The position numbers and the translations under genes are program-made. DNA of 64,000 bases from Auanema rhodensis (Eukaryota; Animalia; Nematoda), in assembly GCA_964057225.1 (NCBI GenBank), contig OZ059895.1, positions 682,001-746,000 on the forward strand, in the 5' to 3' direction. This document shows, one piece after another, positions 39,301 through 52,900 of this stretch. Numbering within the stretch: position 1 is the first letter of the stretch; each line of letters opens with the position of its first letter. The notes under the pieces were generated by a model. That model worked only from the letters and a program-made list of their open reading frames with translations, was not told the origin of the DNA and ran no database searches.

Positions 39301-42300
39301 ATCGTTTGAAAAATGATGCATTAGTGTATGTTGAGTTTCCATGTACACTCAACATTGCTTCCAAAAACATTTTGACAAAAATTTTTTCGAAAAATTTCAA
39401 AATAATGTAGCAAAAAGTAGATGTTTTTAGATTCCTTATTTCAAGGCAAAAACGATAGACAATGTTATTCAACGAAAAAATTAATTCTTCAGTGTGAAAA
39501 TCGAGGATATAAGTGTGAACTTATATCAGTTGATATCTCGGTGCATTTTTAAGCTAGCGCAAATCTGATAACACAGATCGACGCAGCTTAAAAATCCGCA
39601 TCGAATGCACTATACTACATTGAGAAACGCTTGATACAAAAATTAGTTATGATCGTTTGAAAAATGATGCATTAGTGTATGTTGAGTTTCCATGTACACT
39701 CAACATTGCTTCCAAAAACATTTTGACAAAAATTTTTTCGAAAAATTTCAAAAAAATGTAGCAAAAAGTAGATGTTTTTAGATTCCTTTTTTCAAGGCGA
39801 AGACGATGGACAAAGTTATTCAACGAAAAAAATTGATTCTTCAGGGTGAAAATCGAGGATATAAGTGTGAACTTATATCAGTTGATATCTCGGTGCATTT
39901 TTAAGTTAGCGCAAATCTGATAACAGAGATCGACGCAGCTTACAAATCCGCATCGAATGCACTATACTACATTAAGAAACGCTTAATATAAAAATTAGTT
40001 ATGATCGTTTGAAAAATGCTGCATTAGTGTATGTTGAGTTTCCATGTACACTCAACATTGCTTCCAAAAACATTTTGACAAAAATTTTTTCGAAAAATTT
40101 CAAAATAATTTAGCAAAAAGTAGATGTTTTTAGATTCCATTTTTCAAGGCAAAGACGATAGACAATGTTATTCAACGAAAAAATTAATTCTTCAGGGTGA
40201 AAATCGAGGATATAAGTGTGAACTTATATCAGTTGATATCTCGGTGCATTTTTAAGCTAGCGCAAATCTGATAACACAGATCGACGCAGCTTAAAAATCC
40301 GCATCGAATGCACTATACTACATTGAGAAACGCTTAATATAAAAATTAGTTATGATCGTTTGAAAAATGATGCATTAGTGTATGTTGAGTTTCCATGTAC
40401 ACTCAACATTGCTTCCAAAAACATTTTGACAAAAATTTTTTCGAAAAATTTCAAAATAATTTAGCAAAAAGTAGATGTTTTTAGATTCCATTTTCCAAGG
40501 CAAAGACGATAGACAATGTTATTCAACGAAAAAATTAATTCTTCAGGGTGAAAATCGAGGATATAAGTGTGAACTTATATCAGTTGATATCTCGGTGCAT
40601 TTTTAAGCTAGCGCAAATCTGATAACACAGATCGACGCAGCTTAAAAATCCGCATCGAATGCACTATACTACATTGAGAGAAGCTTAATACAAAAATTAG
40701 TTATGATCGTTTGAAAAATGATGCATTAGTGTATGTTGAGTTTCCATGTACACTCAACATTGCTTCCAAAAACATTTTGACAAAAATTTTTTCGAAAAAT
40801 TTCAAAATAATTTAGCAAAAAGTAGATGTTTTTAGATTCCTTTTTTCAAGGCAAAGACGATGGACAATGTTATTCAACGAAAAAATTATTTCTTCAGGGT
40901 GAAAATCGAGGATATAAGTGTGAACTTGTATCAGTTGATATCTCGGTGCATTTTTAAGCTAGCGTAAATCTGATAACACAGATCGACGCAGCTTAAAAAT
41001 CCGCATCGAATGCACTATACTACATTGAAAAACGCTTGATACAAAAATTAGTTATGATCGTTTGAAAAATGATGCATTAGTGTATGTTGAGTTTCCATGT
41101 ACACTCAACATTGCTTCCAAAAACATTTTGCCAAAAGTTTTTCGAAAAATTTCAAAATAATTTAGCAAAAAGTAGATGTTTTTAGATTCGATTTTTCAAG
41201 GCAAAGACGATGGACAATGTTATTCAACAAAAAAATTAATTCTCCAGGATGAAAATCGAGGATATAAGTGTGAACTTATATCAGTTGATATCTCGGTGCA
41301 TTTTTAAGCTAGCGCAAATCTGATAGCACAGATCGACGCAGCTTAAAAATCCGCATCGAATACACTATACTACATTGAAAAACGCTTAATACAAAAATTA
41401 GTTATGATCGTTTGAAAAATGATGCATTAGTGTATGTTGAGTTTCCATGTACACTCAACATTGCTTCCAAAAACATTTTGACAAAAATTTTTTCAAAAAA
41501 TTTCAAAATAATTTAGCAAAAAGTAGATGTTTTTAGATTCCTTTTTTCAAGGCAAAGACGATGGACAATGTTATTCAACGAAAAAATTAATTCTTCAGGG
41601 TGAAAATCGAGGATATAAGTGTGAACTTATATCAGTTGATGTCTCGGTGCATTTTTAAGTTAGCGCAAATCTGATAACACAGATCGACGCAGCTTAAAAA
41701 TCCGCATCGAATGCACTATACTACATTGAGAAACGCTTGATACAAAAATTAGTTATGATCGTTTGAAAAATGATGCATTAGTGTATGTTGAGTTTCCATG
41801 TACACTCAACATTGCTTCCAAAAACATTTTGACAAAAATTTTTTCGAAAAATTTCAAAATAATTTAGCAAAAAGTAGATGTTTTTAGATTCCTTTTTCCA
41901 AGGCAAAGACGATGGACAATGTTATTCAACGAAAAAATTATTTCTTCAGGGTGAAAATCGAGGATATAAGTGTGAACTTGTATCAGTTGATATCTCGGTG
42001 CATTTTTAAGCTAGCGTAAATCTGATAACACAGATCGACGCAGCTTAAAAATCCGCATCGAATGCACTATACTACATTGAAAAACGCTTGATACAAAAAT
42101 TAGTTATGATCGTTTGAAAAATGATGCATTAGTGTATGTTGAGTTTCCATGTACACTCAACATTGCTTCCAAAAACATTTTGCCAAAAGTTTTTCGAAAA
42201 ATTTCAAAATAATTTAGCAAAAAGTAGATGTTTTTAGATTCGATTTTTCAAGGCAAAGACGATGGACAATGTTATTCAACAAAAAAATTAATTCTCCAGG

Positions 42301-44226
42301 ATGAAAATCGAGGATATAAGTGTGAACTTATATCAGTTGATATCTCGGTGCATTTTTAAGCTAGCGCAAATCTGATAACACAGATCGACGCAGCTTAAAA
42401 ATCCGCATCGAATACACTATACTACATTGAAAAACGCTTAATACAAAAATTAGTTATGATCGTTTGAAAAATGATGCATTAGTGTATGTTGAGTTTCCAT
42501 GTACACTCAACATTGCTTCCAAAAACATTTTGACAAAAATTTTTTCAAAAAATTTCAAAATAATTTAGCAAAAAGTAGATGTTTTTAGATTCCTTTTTTC
42601 AAGGCAAAGACGATGGACAATGTTATTCAACGAAAAAATTAATTCTTCAGGGTGAAAATCGAGGATATAAGTGTGAACTTATATCAGTTGATGTCTCGGT
42701 GCATTTTTAAGTTAGCGCAAATCTGATAACACAGATCGACGCAGCTTAAAAATCCGCATCGAATGCACTATACTACATTGAGAAACGCTTGATACAAAAA
42801 TTAGTTATGATCGTTTGAAAAATGATGCATTAGTGTATGTTGAGTTTCCATGTACACTCAACATTGCTTCCAAAAACATTTTGACAAAAATTTTTTCGAA
42901 AAATTTCAAAATAATGTAGCAAAAAGTAGATGTTTTTAGATTCCTTTTTTCAAGGCAAAGACGATGGACAAAGTTATTCAACAAAAAAATTGATTCTTCA
43001 GGGTGAAAATCGAGGATATAAGTGTGAACTTATATCAGTTGATATCTCGGTGCATTTTTAAGTTAGCGCAAATCTGATAACACAGATCGACGCAGCTTAC
43101 AAATCCGCATCGAATGCACTATACTACATTGAGAAACGCTAAATACAAAAATTAGTTATGATCGTTTGAAAAATGATGCATTAGTGTATGTTGAGTTTCC
43201 ATGTACACTCAACATTGCTTCCAAAAACATTTTGACAAAAATTTTTTCGAAAAATTTCAAAATAATGTAGCAAAAAGTAGATGTTTTTAGATTCCATTTT
43301 TCAAGGCAAAGACGATGGACAATGTTATTCAACAAAAAAATTATTCCTTCAGGGTGAAAATCGAGGATATAAGTGTGAACTTATATCAGTTGATATCTCG
43401 GTGCATTTTTAAGTTAGCGCAAATCTGATAACACAGATCGACGCAGCTTAAAAATCCGCATCGAATGCACTATACTACATTGAGAAACGCTTGATACAAA
43501 AATTAGTTATGATCGTTTGAAAAATGATGCATTAGTGTATGTTGAGTTTCCATGTACACTCAACATTGCTTCCAAAAACATTTTGACAAAACTTTTTTCG
43601 AAAAATTTCAAAATAATGTAGCAAAAAGTAGATGTTTTTAGATTCCTTTTTTCAAGGCGAAGACGATGGACAAAGTTATTCAACAAAAAAATTGATTCTT
43701 CAGGGTGAAAATCGAGGATATAAGTGTGAACTTATATCAGTTGATATCTCGGTGCATTTTTAAGTTAGCGCAAATCTGATAACACAGATCGACGCAGCTT
43801 ACAAATCCGCATCGAATGCACTATACTACATTGAGAAACGCTAAATACAAAAATTAGTTATGATCGTTTGAAAAATGATGCATTAGTGTATGTTGAGTTT
43901 CCATGTACACTCAACATTGCTTCCAAAAACATTTTGACAAAAATTTTTTCGAAAAATTTCAAAATAATGTAGCAAAAAGTAGATGTTTTTAGATTCCATT
44001 TTTCAAGGCAAAGACGATGGACAATGTTATTCAACAAAAAAATTATTCCTTCAGGGTGAAAATCGAGGATATAAGTGTGAACTTATATCAGTTGATATCT
44101 CGGTGCATTTTTAAGCTAGCGCAAATCTGATAACACAGATCGACGCAGCTTAAAAATCCGCATCGAATGCACTATACTACATTGAGAAACGCTAAATACA
44201 AAAATTAGTTATGATCGTTTGAAAAA
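33350..44226. repeat. Satellite subfamily domain D (recurrent cassette containing a diverged 350-bp monomer)
   Basis: 350-bp copies with ttgCcaaaaGtttttcg, ttcGattt and ttctCcaggAtg start at 33701, 35806, 38262, 41070 and 42122. Confidence 0.75.
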
Positions 44227-44929
44227 TGATGCATTAGTGTATGTTGAGTTTCCATGTACACTCAACATTGCTTCCAAAAACATTTTGACAAAAATTTTTT
44301 CGAAAAATTTCAAAATAATGTAGCAAAAAGTAGATGTTTTTAGATTCCTTATTTCAAGGCAAAAACGATAGACAATGTTATTCAACGAAAAAATTAATTC
44401 TTCAGTGTGAAAATCGAGGATATAAGTGTGAACTTATATCAGTTGATATCTCGGTGCATTTTTAAGCTAGCGCAAATCTGATAACACAGATCGACGCAGC
44501 TTAAAAATCCGCATCGAATGCACTATACTACATTGAGAAACGCTTGATACAAAAATTAGTTATGATCGTTTGAAAAATGATGCATTAGTGTATGTTGAGT
44601 TTCCATGTACACTCAACATTGCTTCCAAAAACATTTTGACAAAAATTTTTTCGAAAAATTTCAAAAAAATGTAGCAAAAAGTAGATGTTTTTAGATTCCT
44701 TTTTTCAAGGCGAAGACGATGGACAAAGTTATTCAACGAAAAAAATTGATTCTTCAGGGTGAAAATCGAGGATATAAGTGTGAACTTATATCAGTTGATA
44801 TCTCGGTGCATTTTTAAGTTAGCGCAAATCTGATAACACAGATCGACGCAGCTTACAAATCCGCATCGAATGCACTATACTACATTGAGAAACGCTTGAT
44901 ACAAAAATTAGTTATGATCGTTTGAAAAA

Positions 44930-45259
44930 TGATGCATTAGTGTATGTTGAGTTTCCATGTACACTCAACATTGCTTCCAAAAACATTTTGACAAAAATTT
45001 TTTCGAAAAATTTCAAAATAATTTAGCAAAAAGTAGATGTTTTTAGATTCCATTTTTCAAGGCAAAGACAAAAAATTAATTCTTCAGGGTGAAAATCGAG
45101 GATATAAGTGTGAACTTATATCAGTTGATATCTCGGTGCATTTTTAAGCTAGCGCAAATCTGATAACACAGATCGACGCAGCTTAAAAATCCGCATCGAG
45201 TGCACTATACTACATTGAGAAACGCTTAATACAAAAATTAGTTTTGATCGTTTGAAAAA
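44930..45259. repeat. 330-bp deletion monomer (21-bp deletion), copy 1
   Basis: ggcaaagac|aaaaaattaattc at the 45069/45070 junction lacks gatggacaatgttattcaacg. It also carries tcgaGtgc and agttTtgatc. Confidence 0.92.
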
Positions 45260-46664
45260 TGATGCATTAGTGTATGTTGAGTTTCCATGTACACTCAACA
45301 TTGCTTCCAAAAACATTTTGACAAAAATTTTTTCGAAAAATTTCAAAATAATTTAGCAAAAAGTAGATGTTTTTAGATTTCTTTTTTCAAGGCAAAGACG
45401 ATGGACAATGTTATTCAACGAAAAAATTAATTCTTCAGGGTGAAAATCGAGGATATAAGTGTGAACTTATATCAGTTGATATCTCGGTGCATTTTTAAGC
45501 TAGCGCAAATCTGATAACACAGATCGACGCAGCTTAAAAATCCGCATCGAGTGCACTACACTACATTGAGAAACGCTTAATACAAAAATTAGTTATGATC
45601 GTTTGAAAAATGATGCATTAGTGTATGTTGAGTTTCCATGTACACTCAACATTGCTTCCAAAAACATTTTGACAAAAATTTTTTCGAAAAATTTCAAAAT
45701 AATGTAGCAAAAAGTAGATGTTTTTAGATTCCTTTTTTCAAGGCGAAGACGATGGACAAAGTTATTCAACGAAAAAATTGATTCTTCAGGGTGAAAATCG
45801 AGGATATAAGTGTGAACTTATATCAGTTGATATCTCGGTGCATTTTTAAGCTAGCGCAAATCTGATAACACAGATCGACGCAGCTTAAAAATCCGCATCG
45901 AATGCACTATACTACATTGAGAAACGCTAAATACAAAAATTAGTTATGATCGTTTGAAAAATGATGCATTAGTGTATGTTGAGTTTCCATGTACACTCAA
46001 CATTGCTTCCAAAAACATTTTGACAAAAATTTTTTCGAAAAATTTCAAAATAATGTAGCAAAAAGTAGATGTTTTTAGATTCCTTATTTCAAGGCAAAAA
46101 CGATAGACAATGTTATTCAACGAAAAAATTAATTCTTCAGTGTGAAAATCGAGGATATAAGTGTGAACTTATATCAGTTGATATCTCGGTGCATTTTTAA
46201 GCTAGCGCAAATCTGATAACACAGATCGACGCAGCTTAAAAATCCGCATCGAATGCACTATACTACATTGAGAAACGCTTGATACAAAAATTAGTTATGA
46301 TCGTTTGAAAAATGATGCATTAGTGTATGTTGAGTTTCCATGTACACTCAACATTGCTTCCAAAAACATTTTGACAAAAATTTTTTCGAAAAATTTCAAA
46401 AAAATGTAGCAAAAAGTAGATGTTTTTAGATTCCTTTTTTCAAGGCGAAGACGATGGACAAAGTTATTCAACGAAAAAAATTGATTCTTCAGGGTGAAAA
46501 TCGAGGATATAAGTGTGAACTTATATCAGTTGATATCTCGGTGCATTTTTAAGTTAGCGCAAATCTGATAACACAGATCGACGCAGCTTACAAATCCGCA
46601 TCGAATGCACTATACTACATTGAGAAACGCTTGATACAAAAATTAGTTATGATCGTTTGAAAAA

Positions 46665-46994
46665 TGATGCATTAGTGTATGTTGAGTTTCCATGTACACT
46701 CAACATTGCTTCCAAAAACATTTTGACAAAAATTTTTTCGAAAAATTTCAAAATAATTTAGCAAAAAGTAGATGTTTTTAGATTCCATTTTTCAAGGCAA
46801 AGACAAAAAATTAATTCTTCAGGGTGAAAATCGAGGATATAAGTGTGAACTTATATCAGTTGATATCTCGGTGCATTTTTAAGCTAGCGCAAATCTGATA
46901 ACACAGATCGACGCAGCTTAAAAATCCGCATCGAGTGCACTATACTACATTGAGAAACGCTTAATACAAAAATTAGTTTTGATCGTTTGAAAAA
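46665..46994. repeat. 330-bp deletion monomer, copy 2
   Basis: Same junction at 46804/46805 and the same linked SNPs. Confidence 0.92.
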
Positions 46995-49900
46995 TGATGC
47001 ATTAGTGTATGTTGAGTTTCCATGTACACTCAACATTGCTTCCAAAAACATTTTGACAAAAATTTTTTCGAAAAATTTCAAAATAATTTAGCAAAAAGTA
47101 GATGTTTTTAGATTTCTTTTTTCAAGGCAAAGACGATGGACAATGTTATTCAACGAAAAAATTAATTCTTCAGGGTGAAAATCGAGGATATAAGTGTGAA
47201 CTTATATCAGTTGATATCTCGGTGCATTTTTAAGCTAGCGCAAATCTGATAACACAGATCGACGCAGCTTAAAAATCCGCATCGAGTGCACTACACTACA
47301 TTGAGAAACGCTTAATACAAAAATTAGTTATGATCGTTTGAAAAATGATGCATTAGTGTATGTTGAGTTTCCATGTACACTCAACATTGCTTCCAAAAAC
47401 ATTTTGACAAAAATTTTTTCGAAAAATTTCAAAATAATGTAGCAAAAAGTAGATGTTTTTAGATTCCTTTTTTCAAGGCGAAGACGATGGACAAAGTTAT
47501 TCAACGAAAAAATTGATTCTTCAGGGTGAAAATCGAGGATATAAGTGTGAACTTATATCAGTTGATAACTCGGTGCATTTTTAAGTTAGCGCAAATCTGA
47601 TAACACAGATCGACGCAGCTTAAAAATCCGCATCGAATGCACTATACTACATTAAGAAACGCTAAATACAAAAATTAGTTATGATCGTTTGAAAAATGAT
47701 GCATTAGTGTATGTTGAGTTTCCATGTACACTCAACATTGCTTCCAAAAACATTTTGACAAAAATTTTTTCGAAAAATTTCGAAATAATGTAGCAAAAAG
47801 TAGATGTTTTTAGATTCCTTTTTTTGAGGCAAAGACGATGGACAATGTTATTCAACGAAAAAATTAATTCTTCAGGGTGAAAATCGAGGATATAAGTGTG
47901 AACTTATATCAGTTGATATCTCGGTGCATTTTTAAGTTAGCGCAAATCTGATAACACAGATCGACGCAGCTTAAAAATTCGGATCGAATGCACTATACTA
48001 CATTGAGAAACGCTTAATACAAAAATTAGTTATGATCGTTTGAAAAATGATGCATTAGTGTATGTTGAGTTTCCATGTACACTCAACATTGCTTCCAAAA
48101 ACATTTTGACAAAAATTTTTTCGAAAAATTTCAAAATAATTTAGCAAAAAGTAGATGTTTTTAGATTCCATTTTTCAAGGCAAAGACAATGGACAATGTT
48201 ATTCAACGAAAAAAATGATTCTTCAGGGTGAAAATCGAGGATATAAGTGTGAACTTATATCAGTTGATATCTCGGTGCATTTTTAAGCTAGCGCAAATAT
48301 GATAACACAGATCGACGCAGCTTAAAAATCCGCATCGAATGCACTATACTACATTGAGAAACGCTTAATACAAAAATTTGTTATGATCGTTTGAAAAATG
48401 ATGCATTAGTGTATGTTGAGTTTCCATGTACACTCAACATTGCTTCCAAAAACATTTTGACAAAAATTTTTTCGAAACATTTCAAAATAATTTAGCAAAA
48501 AGTAGATGTTTTTAGATTCCTTTTTTCAAGGCAAAGACGATGGACAATGTTATTCAACGAAAAAATTAATTCTTCAGGGAGAAAATCGAGGATATAAGTG
48601 TGAACTTATATCAGTTGATATCTCGGTGCATTTTTAAGTTAGCGCAAATCTGATAACACAGATCGACGCAGCTTAAAAATTCGGATCGAATGCACTATAC
48701 TTCATTGAAAAACGCTTAATACAAAAATTAGTTATGATCGTTTGAAAAATGATGCATTAGTGTATGTTGAGTTTCCATGTACACTCAACATTGCTTCCAA
48801 AAACATTTTGACAAAAAGTTTTTCGAAAAATTTCAAAATAATTTAGCAAAAAGTAGATGTTTTTAGATTTTTTTTTTCAAGGCAAAGACGATGGACAATG
48901 TTATTCAACGAAAAAATTAATTCTTCAGGGTGAAAATCGAGGATATAAGTGTGAACTTATATCAGTTGATATCTCGGTGCATTTTTAAGTTAGCGCAAAT
49001 CTGATAACACAGATCGACGCAGCTTAAAAATTCGGATCGAATGCACTATACTACATTGAGAAACGCTTAATACAAAAATTAGTTATGATCGTTTGAAAAA
49101 TGATGCATTAGTGTATGTTGAGTTTCCATGTACACTCAACATTGCTTCCAAAAACATTTTGACAAAAATTTTTTCGAAAAATTTCAAAATAATTTAGCAA
49201 AAAGTAGATGTTTTTAGATTCCATTTTTCAAGGCAAAGACAATGGACAATGTTATTCAACGAAAAAAATGATTCTTCAGGGTGAAAATCGAGGATATAAG
49301 TGTGAACTTATATCAGTTGATATCTCGGTGCATTTTTAAGCTAGCGCAAATATGATAACACAGATCGACGCAGCTTAAAAATCCGCATCGAATGCACTAT
49401 ACTACATTGAGAAACGCTTAATACAAAAATTTGTTATGATCGTTTGAAAAATGATGCATTAGTGTATGTTGAGCTTCCATGTACACTCAACATTGCTTCC
49501 AAAAACATTTTGACAAAAATTTTTCGAAACATTTCAAAATAATTTAGCAAAAAGTAGATGTTTTTAGATTCCTTTTTTCAAGGCAAAGACGATGGACAAT
49601 GTTATTCAACGAAAAAATTAATTCTTCAGGGAGAAAATCGAGGATATAAGTGTGAACTTATATCAGTTGATATCTCGGTGCATTTTTAAGCTAGCGCAAA
49701 TCTGATAACACAGATCGACGCAGCTTAAAAATCCGCATCGAGTGCACTATACTACATTGAGAAACGCTTAATACAAAAATTAGTTATGATCGTTTGAAAA
49801 ATGATGCATTAGTGTATGTTGAGTTTCCATGTACACTCAACATTGCTTCCAAAAACATTTTGACAAAAATTTTTTCGAAAAATTTCAAAATAATGTAGCA

Positions 49901-52900
49901 AAAAGTAGATGTTTTTAGATTCCTTTTTTCAAGGCGAAGACGATGGACAAAGTTATTCAACGAAAAAATTGATTCTTCAGGGTGAAAATCGAGGATATAA
50001 GTGTGAACTTATATCAGTTGATAACTCGGTGCATTTTTAAGTTAGCGCAAATCTGATAACACAGATCGACGCAGCTTAAAAATCCGCATCGAATGCACTA
50101 TACTACATTGAGAAACGCTTAATACAAAAATTAGTTATGAACGTTTGAAAAATGATGCATTAGTGTATGTTGAGTTTCCATGTACACTCAACATTGCTTC
50201 CAAAAACATTTTGACAAAAATTTTTTCGAAACATTTCAAAATAATTTAGCAAAAAGTAGATGTTTTTAGATTTCATTTTTCAAGGCAAAGACGATAGACA
50301 ATGTTATTCAACGAAAAAACTAATTCTTCAGGGTGAAAATCGAGGATATAAGTGTGAACTTATATCAGTTGATATCTCGGTGCATTTTTAAGCTAGCGCA
50401 AATATGATAACACAGATCGACGCAGCTTAAAAATCCGCATCGAATGCACTATACTACATTGAGAAACGCTTAATACAAAAATTAGTTATGATCGTTTGAA
50501 AAATGATGCATTAGTGTATGTTGAGTTTCCATGTACACTCAACATTGCTTCCAAAAACATTTTGACAAAAATTTTTTCGAAACATTTCAAAATAATTTAG
50601 CAAAAAGTAGATGTTTTTAGATTCCTTTTTTCAAGGCAAAGACGATGGACAATGTTATTCAACGAAAAAATTAATTCTTCAGGGAGAAAATCGAGGATAT
50701 AAGTGTGAACTTATATCAGTTGATATCTCGGTCCATTTTTAAGCTAGCGCAAATCTGATAACACAAATCGACGCAGCTTAAAAATCCGCATCGAATGCAC
50801 TATACTACATTGAGAAACGCTTAATACAAAAATTAGTTATGATCGTTTGAAAAATGATGCATTAGTGTATGTTGAGTTTCCATGTACACTCAACATTGCT
50901 TCCAAAAACATTTTGACAAAAATTTTTTCGAAACATTTCAAAATAATTTAGCAAAAAGTAGATGTTTTTAGATTCCTTTTTTCAAGGCAAAGACGATGGA
51001 CAATGTTATTCAACGAAAAAATTAATTCTTCAGGGTGAAAATCGAGGATATAAGTGTGAACTTATATCAGTTGATATCTCGGTGCATTTTTAAGCTAGCG
51101 CAAATATGATAACACAGATCGACGCAGCTTAAAAATTCGGATCGAATGCACTATACTTCATTGAAAAACGCTTAATACAAAAATTAGTTATGATCGTTTG
51201 AAAAATGATGCATTAGTGTATGTTGAGTTTCCATGTACACTCAACATTGCTTCCAAAAACATTTTGACAAAAAGTTTTTCGAAAAATTTCAAAATAATTT
51301 AGCAAAAAGTAGATGTTTTTAGATTTTTTTTTTCAAGGCAAAGACGATGGACAATGTTATTCAACGAAAAAATTAATTCTTCAGGGTGAAAATCGAGGAT
51401 ATAAGTGTGAACTTATATCAGTTGATATCTCGGTGCATTTTTAAGTTAGCGCAAATCTGATAACACAGATCGACGCAGCTTAAAAATTCGGATCGAATGC
51501 ACTATACTACATTGAGAAACGCTTAATACAAAAATTAGTTATGATCGTTTGAAAAATGATGCATTAGTGTATGTTGAGTTTCCATGTACACTCAACATTG
51601 CTTCCAAAAACATTTTGACAAAAATTTTTTCGAAAAATTTCAAAATAATTTAGCAAAAAGTAGATGTTTTTAGATTCCATTTTTCAAGGCAAAGACAATG
51701 GACAATGTTATTCAACGAAAAAAATGATTCTTCAGGGTGAAAATCGAGGATATAAGTGTGAACTTATATCAGTTGATATCTCGGTGCATTTTTAAGCTAG
51801 CGCAAATATGATAACACAGATCGACGCAGCTTAAAAATCCGCATCGAATGCACTATACTACATTGAGAAACGCTTAATACAAAAATTTGTTATGATCGTT
51901 TGAAAAATGATGCATTAGTGTATGTTGAGCTTCCATGTACACTCAACATTGCTTCCAAAAACATTTTGACAAAAATTTTTTCGAAACATTTCAAAATAAT
52001 TTAGCAAAAAGTAGATGTTTTTAGATTCCTTTTTTCAAGGCAAAGACGATGGACAATGTTATTCAACGAAAAAATTAATTCTTCAGGGAGAAAATCGAGG
52101 ATATAAGTGTGAACTTATATCAGTTGATATCTCGGTGCATTTTTAAGCTAGCGCAAATCTGATAACACAGATCGACGCAGCTTAAAAATCCGCATCGAGT
52201 GCACTATACTACATTGAGAAACGCTTAATACAAAAATTAGTTATGATCGTTTGAAAAATGATGCATTAGTGTATGTTGAGTTTCCATGTACACTCAACAT
52301 TGCTTCCAAAAACATTCTGACAAAAATTTTTTCGAAAAATTTCAAAATAATGTAGCAAAAAGTAGATGTTTTTAGATTCCTTTTTTCAAGGCGAAGACGA
52401 TGGACAAAGTTATTCAACGAAAAAATTGATTCTTCAGGGTGAAAATCGAGGATATAAGTGTGAACTTATATCAGTTGATAACTCGGTGCATTTTTAAGTT
52501 AGCGCAAATCTGATAACACAGATCGACGCAGCTTAAAAATCCGCATCGAATGCACTATACTACATTGAGAAACGCTTAATACAAAAATTAGTTATGAACG
52601 TTTGAAAAATGATGCATTAGTGTATGTTGAGTTTCCATGTACACTCAACATTGCTTCCAAAAACATTTTGACAAAAATTTTTTCGAAACATTTCAAAATA
52701 ATTTAGCAAAAAGTAGATGTTTTTAGATTTCATTTTTCAAGGCAAAGACGATAGACAATGTTATTCAACGAAAAAACTAATTCTTCAGGGTGAAAATCGA
52801 GGATATAAGTGTGAACTTATATCAGTTGATATCTCGGTGCATTTTTAAGCTAGCGCAAATATGATAACACAGATCGACGCAGCTTAAAAATCCGCATCGA

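Noticed and set aside
45149-45346. 65-aa minus-strand ORF (identical copies at 46884-47081 and 59850-60047)
   Set aside because: It exists only because the SNP agttAtg>agttTtg removes a TAA in the three deletion monomers. It starts at TTG, spans a monomer junction and has no recognisable protein features. The other copies have the stop.
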